Assembly: GCA_029219925.1 (NCBI GenBank) | Contig: JAQXUJ010000227.1 | Span: forward strand, 1 to 47,237 | Source of the DNA: Clostridiales bacterium | GTDB taxonomy: Bacteria > Bacillota > Clostridia > UBA1381 | Direction: 5' to 3' | DNA: 47,237 nt | In this document: positions 44,099 to 47,237 of the stretch, in pieces | How the letters are laid out: every line of letters begins with the position of its first letter | How positions within the stretch are numbered: position 1 is the stretch's first letter | The notes under the pieces: generated by a model | Seen by the model: only the letters and a program-made list of their open reading frames with translations | Told to the model about the DNA's origin: nothing | Database searches by the model: none | Program-made: the position numbers and the translations under genes

Positions 44099-45040
44099 AT
44101 GAAAATAGTTGTTTTAGACGGAAAAACTCTCGGCGCGGACGTGGACCTGACGGTTTTGGGCAGCGACCTGACAATTTACGGCACCACCGAGCCGGAGGAG
44201 GTCAGCCGGCGGATTGCGGATAATGAAACGGTGATTGTTAACAAGGTGAAGCTGAATGCGGATAACCTTTCTGCGGCGAAAAATCTGCGGCTTATATGTG
44301 TTGCCGCAACGGGATATGATAATATTGACATCGATTACTGCAGAAAACGTGGAATTGCCGTGTGCAATGTTTGCGGCTATTCAACCGAATCGGTTGCGCA
44401 GCTCACCGTGACCATGGCTCTTTCGCTTGTTACCCATCTTAATGAGTACACAGGCTTTGTGAAGAGCGGCGAATATACGAAAAGCGGCGTTGCAAACCGT
44501 CTTACGCCTGTATACCATGAGCTGTCCGGTATGACATGGGGAATTGTCGGCCTTGGGAATATCGGAAAACAGGTGGCAAGAGCGGCGGAGGTTTTCGGGT
44601 GCAGGGTTCTTGCATTTAAGAGGACTCCGGACAAAAATTACAGCTGCGTTCCCTTGAGTGAATTGATGGAGAAGTCGGATATTGTGTCGGTGCATCTGCC
44701 TGCCGGCGCACAGACAAACGGCATAATCTCAAACGAGATGATAGGCAGAATGAAGAAAAGTGCGGTTTTCGTTAATGTGGCGCGGGGAGCGGTGGTGGAT
44801 GAAGAGGCACTTGTTCAGGCCGTACTTGATAACAAAATTGCGGGAATCGGCGTCGACGTCTATTCAAAGGAGCCCTTCGATTCGGAACATTGCTATAACA
44901 AAATCATGAATATGGATAACGTGATTTTAACGCCGCACATTGCCTGGGGTGCGTATGAGGCGAGGATTAGATGCATTGATGAAATGCGCAGGAATATTGA
45001 GGCTTTTGAAAAGGGCGAGGAGCGGAACCGGATTGTATAA
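44099..45040 (+). CDS. D-isomer-specific 2-hydroxyacid dehydrogenase (glycerate dehydrogenase-like)
   Basis: NAD motif GIVGLGNIGKQVA and catalytic R..E..H region (NVARG...TPHIAW). Confidence 0.85.
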   Translation: MKIVVLDGKTLGADVDLTVLGSDLTIYGTTEPEEVSRRIADNETVIVNKVKLNADNLSAAKNLRLICVAATGYDNIDIDYCRKRGIAVCNVCGYSTESVAQLTVTMALSLVTHLNEYTGFVKSGEYTKSGVANRLTPVYHELSGMTWGIVGLGNIGKQVARAAEVFGCRVLAFKRTPDKNYSCVPLSELMEKSDIVSVHLPAGAQTNGIISNEMIGRMKKSAVFVNVARGAVVDEEALVQAVLDNKIAGIGVDVYSKEPFDSEHCYNKIMNMDNVILTPHIAWGAYEARIRCIDEMRRNIEAFEKGEERNRIV

Positions 45041-45129
45041 AAAATATGACTGAACGGTCTCGGGCTATGCGTACATATGTGAGAAAAAATAAAAGGCGAC
45101 GGCGTGCCGACCGTAAAACAGAACTCCGA

Positions 45130-45156
45130 GAGTGCCGGAAAGCGGCACTCTTTTTT
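45130..45156 (+). terminator. intrinsic terminator after the dehydrogenase gene
   Basis: GAGTGCCG (45130-45137) / CGGCACTC (45143-45150), then TTTTTT. Confidence 0.8.
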
Positions 45157-45177
45157 GATGTTTTCTGTCAAAATGTG

Positions 45178-45206
45178 TTGAAAAATAGATTGAAATAGTA
45201 TATAAT
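45178..45206 (+). promoter_or_regulatory. sigma-A promoter of lon
   Basis: TTGAAA (45178-45183), 17-nt spacer, TATAAT (45201-45206). Confidence 0.6.
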
Positions 45207-45240
45207 GTAATGTGTATATTTATATTTAGGAGTGAACATA

Positions 45241-47237
45241 TTGGAAAATTTACATACATTGCCGCTTTTGCCGCTGCGAAATCTTGTGGTATTTCCGCAC
45301 ACGCAGGTAAGCTTTGACGCTGTAAGACCGAAATCCATCAGAGCGCTTGAGGAAGTAATGCAGGATAATAAGCTTATTTTTCTTGTAACCCAGTCGGACG
45401 GCGCAAAGGAAAATCCGTCGGCGCTTGATTTATATAAAATAGGAATAATTGCAAGAGTAACCCAGACGGTTCGCGCTCATAACGGCATAACCCGAGTGAT
45501 GGCGGAGGGTGTTTGCCGTGCAAGGCTGGAGGAAATTCTGGAGGAAAATCCGTATTACAGGTGTGTTGCGCAGGAGATTCCCGAAGAGGAAGAGGAACAC
45601 ATGATTGTAAACGAGGGCTTTATCCGCGGTCTGGAAAAGGTTTTCGACGAATATTTTGCGCTTAACAGAAATATCCCGCCCCAAAATTTTATTACGGCTA
45701 CCGGGGACGTAAAACCGGGACGGTTTGCCGACGCAATTGCGGCTAATATAAACCTGAATTATACGGTTAAACAGGAGATTTTAGAGGAGCTTGACCCATA
45801 TGACCGTATCGAAAAGCTTATGTCTGTTTTGTCAAAGGAAATTCAGGTTCTGAAGGTTTCGAGAGAAATTGAAGCCAAAGTGAAAAAGAATATTGAGGAA
45901 AACCAGCGGGAATATTATCTTCGTGAGGAAATGAAGGTTATCGAGGAAGAGCTGGGCGAGAAGGAGGGCATACGCGGCGAAGCGGAGGCATACCGGGAAT
46001 CGCTTAAAAAGCTGCACCTTAAAAAGGACATTACCGAAAAGCTGATGAAGGATATTTCACGGTTTGAGAGAATGAATCCCTCGTCACCGGACAGCTCGGT
46101 TATGCGTAATTATCTTGATTTGGTGCTGGATTTGCCCTGGAACAGAGCGTCGAAGGAAACTGTTGATATACAAAAGGCGCAGGAGGTGCTGGATGCCGAC
46201 CATTATGGTCTTGAGAAGGTAAAGGAACGAGTGCTGGAATATCTTGCTGTTCATAAGCTTACCAAAGGGAAGGACGGCACGGTTATTTGTCTTGTAGGCC
46301 CTCCGGGAACGGGAAAAACGTCAGTTGCAAAGAGCATTGCAAGGGCTTTGGGGCGAAAGTATGTTCGTATTTCTCTGGGAGGAATACACGACGAAGCGGA
46401 CATCCGTGGTCATCGTAAAACCTATATCGGAGCCATGCCCGGACGTGTTATATCGGCGGTTGCTGAGGCGAAGGTGAAAAATCCGCTGATATTATTTGAT
46501 GAAATTGATAAAATGGGGGCAGACTATAAGGGCGATCCGTCTGCGGCACTTTTGGAGGTGCTTGATTCGGAGCAGAACTATGCCTTCCGCGACCATTTTG
46601 TCGAAGTGCCCTTTGACCTGTCGGGAGCAATGTTTATAACTACGGCAAATACTGTCGCAACCATCCCGGAGCCGCTTTTGGACAGAATTGAAGTGATAGA
46701 GGTTTCCGGGTACACTAATGAAGAAAAGAAATGTATAGCGAAACAGTATCTTATACCCCGTCAGGCAGAAAAGAACGGTCTTGCGCATTTGAAACTCACA
46801 ATTGACGACGGTGCGCTGGGAGATTTGATAAGCTTTTACACAAGAGAATCCGGCGTCCGAAGCCTTGAACGTGAAATCGGAAATCTCATGCGCAAAGCCG
46901 CCAAGAAGGTTCTGGAGGAAAACAGGAGGTCTTTAAAAATTACCGCAAAAAATCTGACCGGATATCTGGGCAGACACAGATTTTCAGAGGACAGCGTTAA
47001 AGATAAAAACGAAGTGGGTATTGTCCGTGGGCTTGCGTGGACCAGCGTAGGCGGAGATACCCTGTCCATTGAGGTGAACGTTATGCCCGGAACGGGCAAG
47101 CTGGAGCTTACGGGCAATCTGGGTGACGTGATGAAGGAATCCGCTATGGCTGCCGTGAGCTATATCCGTACAAGATGCGGCGATTATGGTATTTACGAAA
47201 AATTCTATAAGACCTGCGATATTCATATTCATGTGCC
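45241..47237 (+). CDS. lon: ATP-dependent protease Lon (LonA), 3' end beyond the window
   Basis: Absent from the ORF track because no stop lies in the window. TTG 45241 follows an AGGAGTG SD. Hand translation gives LPLLPLRNLVVFPH (LON N-domain), GPPGTGKTS Walker A, LFDEIDK Walker B, and ends in DIHIHVP just before the protease Ser. Confidence 0.95.
   Translation, partial: MENLHTLPLLPLRNLVVFPHTQVSFDAVRPKSIRALEEVMQDNKLIFLVTQSDGAKENPSALDLYKIGIIARVTQTVRAHNGITRVMAEGVCRARLEEILEENPYYRCVAQEIPEEEEEHMIVNEGFIRGLEKVFDEYFALNRNIPPQNFITATGDVKPGRFADAIAANINLNYTVKQEILEELDPYDRIEKLMSVLSKEIQVLKVSREIEAKVKKNIEENQREYYLREEMKVIEEELGEKEGIRGEAEAYRESLKKLHLKKDITEKLMKDISRFERMNPSSPDSSVMRNYLDLVLDLPWNRASKETVDIQKAQEVLDADHYGLEKVKERVLEYLAVHKLTKGKDGTVICLVGPPGTGKTSVAKSIARALGRKYVRISLGGIHDEADIRGHRKTYIGAMPGRVISAVAEAKVKNPLILFDEIDKMGADYKGDPSAALLEVLDSEQNYAFRDHFVEVPFDLSGAMFITTANTVATIPEPLLDRIEVIEVSGYTNEEKKCIAKQYLIPRQAEKNGLAHLKLTIDDGALGDLISFYTRESGVRSLEREIGNLMRKAAKKVLEENRRSLKITAKNLTGYLGRHRFSEDSVKDKNEVGIVRGLAWTSVGGDTLSIEVNVMPGTGKLELTGNLGDVMKESAMAAVSYIRTRCGDYGIYEKFYKTCDIHIHV

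Noticed and set aside
45046-45198. 50-aa highly basic ORF (MTERSRAMRTYVRKNKRRRRADRK...) in the gap between the dehydrogenase and lon genes.
   Set aside because: It has no SD. It reads straight through the intrinsic terminator hairpin and the lon promoter, so it is most likely fortuitous.
1-47237. CRISPR arrays, tandem or interspersed long repeats, IS elements, rRNA genes, and known defence systems (RM, TA pairs, Abi, CBASS, retron RT).
   Set aside because: Reading both strands, I found no spaced identical repeats of 20 nt or more, no transposase, Cas or reverse-transcriptase-like ORFs, and no rRNA-like sequence. An exhaustive repeat search was not possible by eye.

Overview
This 47.2-kb chromosomal segment has the gene content and signals of a Bacillota genome. 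It looks Clostridia-type and probably spore-forming (SpoIIM-like, SpoVT/AbrB-like and SigF/G-type sigma genes). I support about 45 CDS, nearly all housekeeping, packed in co-directional blocks. In order: an OmpR/HK two-component pair + trxB + heterodimeric ABC exporter (375-6948); ychF; a membrane protein + group-3 sigma factor; DUF4364; rnhB-yraN-dipeptidase; a class I aminotransferase; spoIIM-like; xerD. Next comes a minus-strand amino-acid ABC operon carrying an Fe-ADH/glycerol-dehydrogenase-like gene. An AT-rich, ORF-poor islet (about 19.1-21.3 kb) holds a 62-aa AbrB/SpoVT-type protein, an orphan consensus promoter feeding a ~260-nt ORF-poor hairpin-rich transcript, a tRNA-Leu(GAG)/tRNA-Gln(CUG) pair and an XRE regulator. 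After it: an orphan eutS/pduU-eutP/pduV pair in one operon with ireB and a PHP tyrosine phosphatase; an HtrA-like protein whose catalytic His and Ser are substituted; RNase M5-like, ABC and HAD genes; a ClpC-like unfoldase with a zinc-ribbon N-terminus; rlmH, walJ-like, murA, rpmB; hprK-murB-rapZ-whiA-dnaE; mtrB (TRAP) plus a 58-aa ORF missing from the ORF track; pfkA; manA-glcK-hydroxyacid dehydrogenase; and the 5' part of lon running off the right edge. I saw no rRNA, CRISPR array, transposase, phage structural gene or recognisable defence gene. The best candidates for something undescribed are the orphan promoter/structured RNA next to the tRNAs (20099-20396), the eutS-eutP-ireB-phosphatase operon with its structured leader (21118-23167), and the HtrA-like pseudoprotease (23218-24537). 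All functional calls rest on motif recognition by eye and on remembered family signatures. No database search was run.
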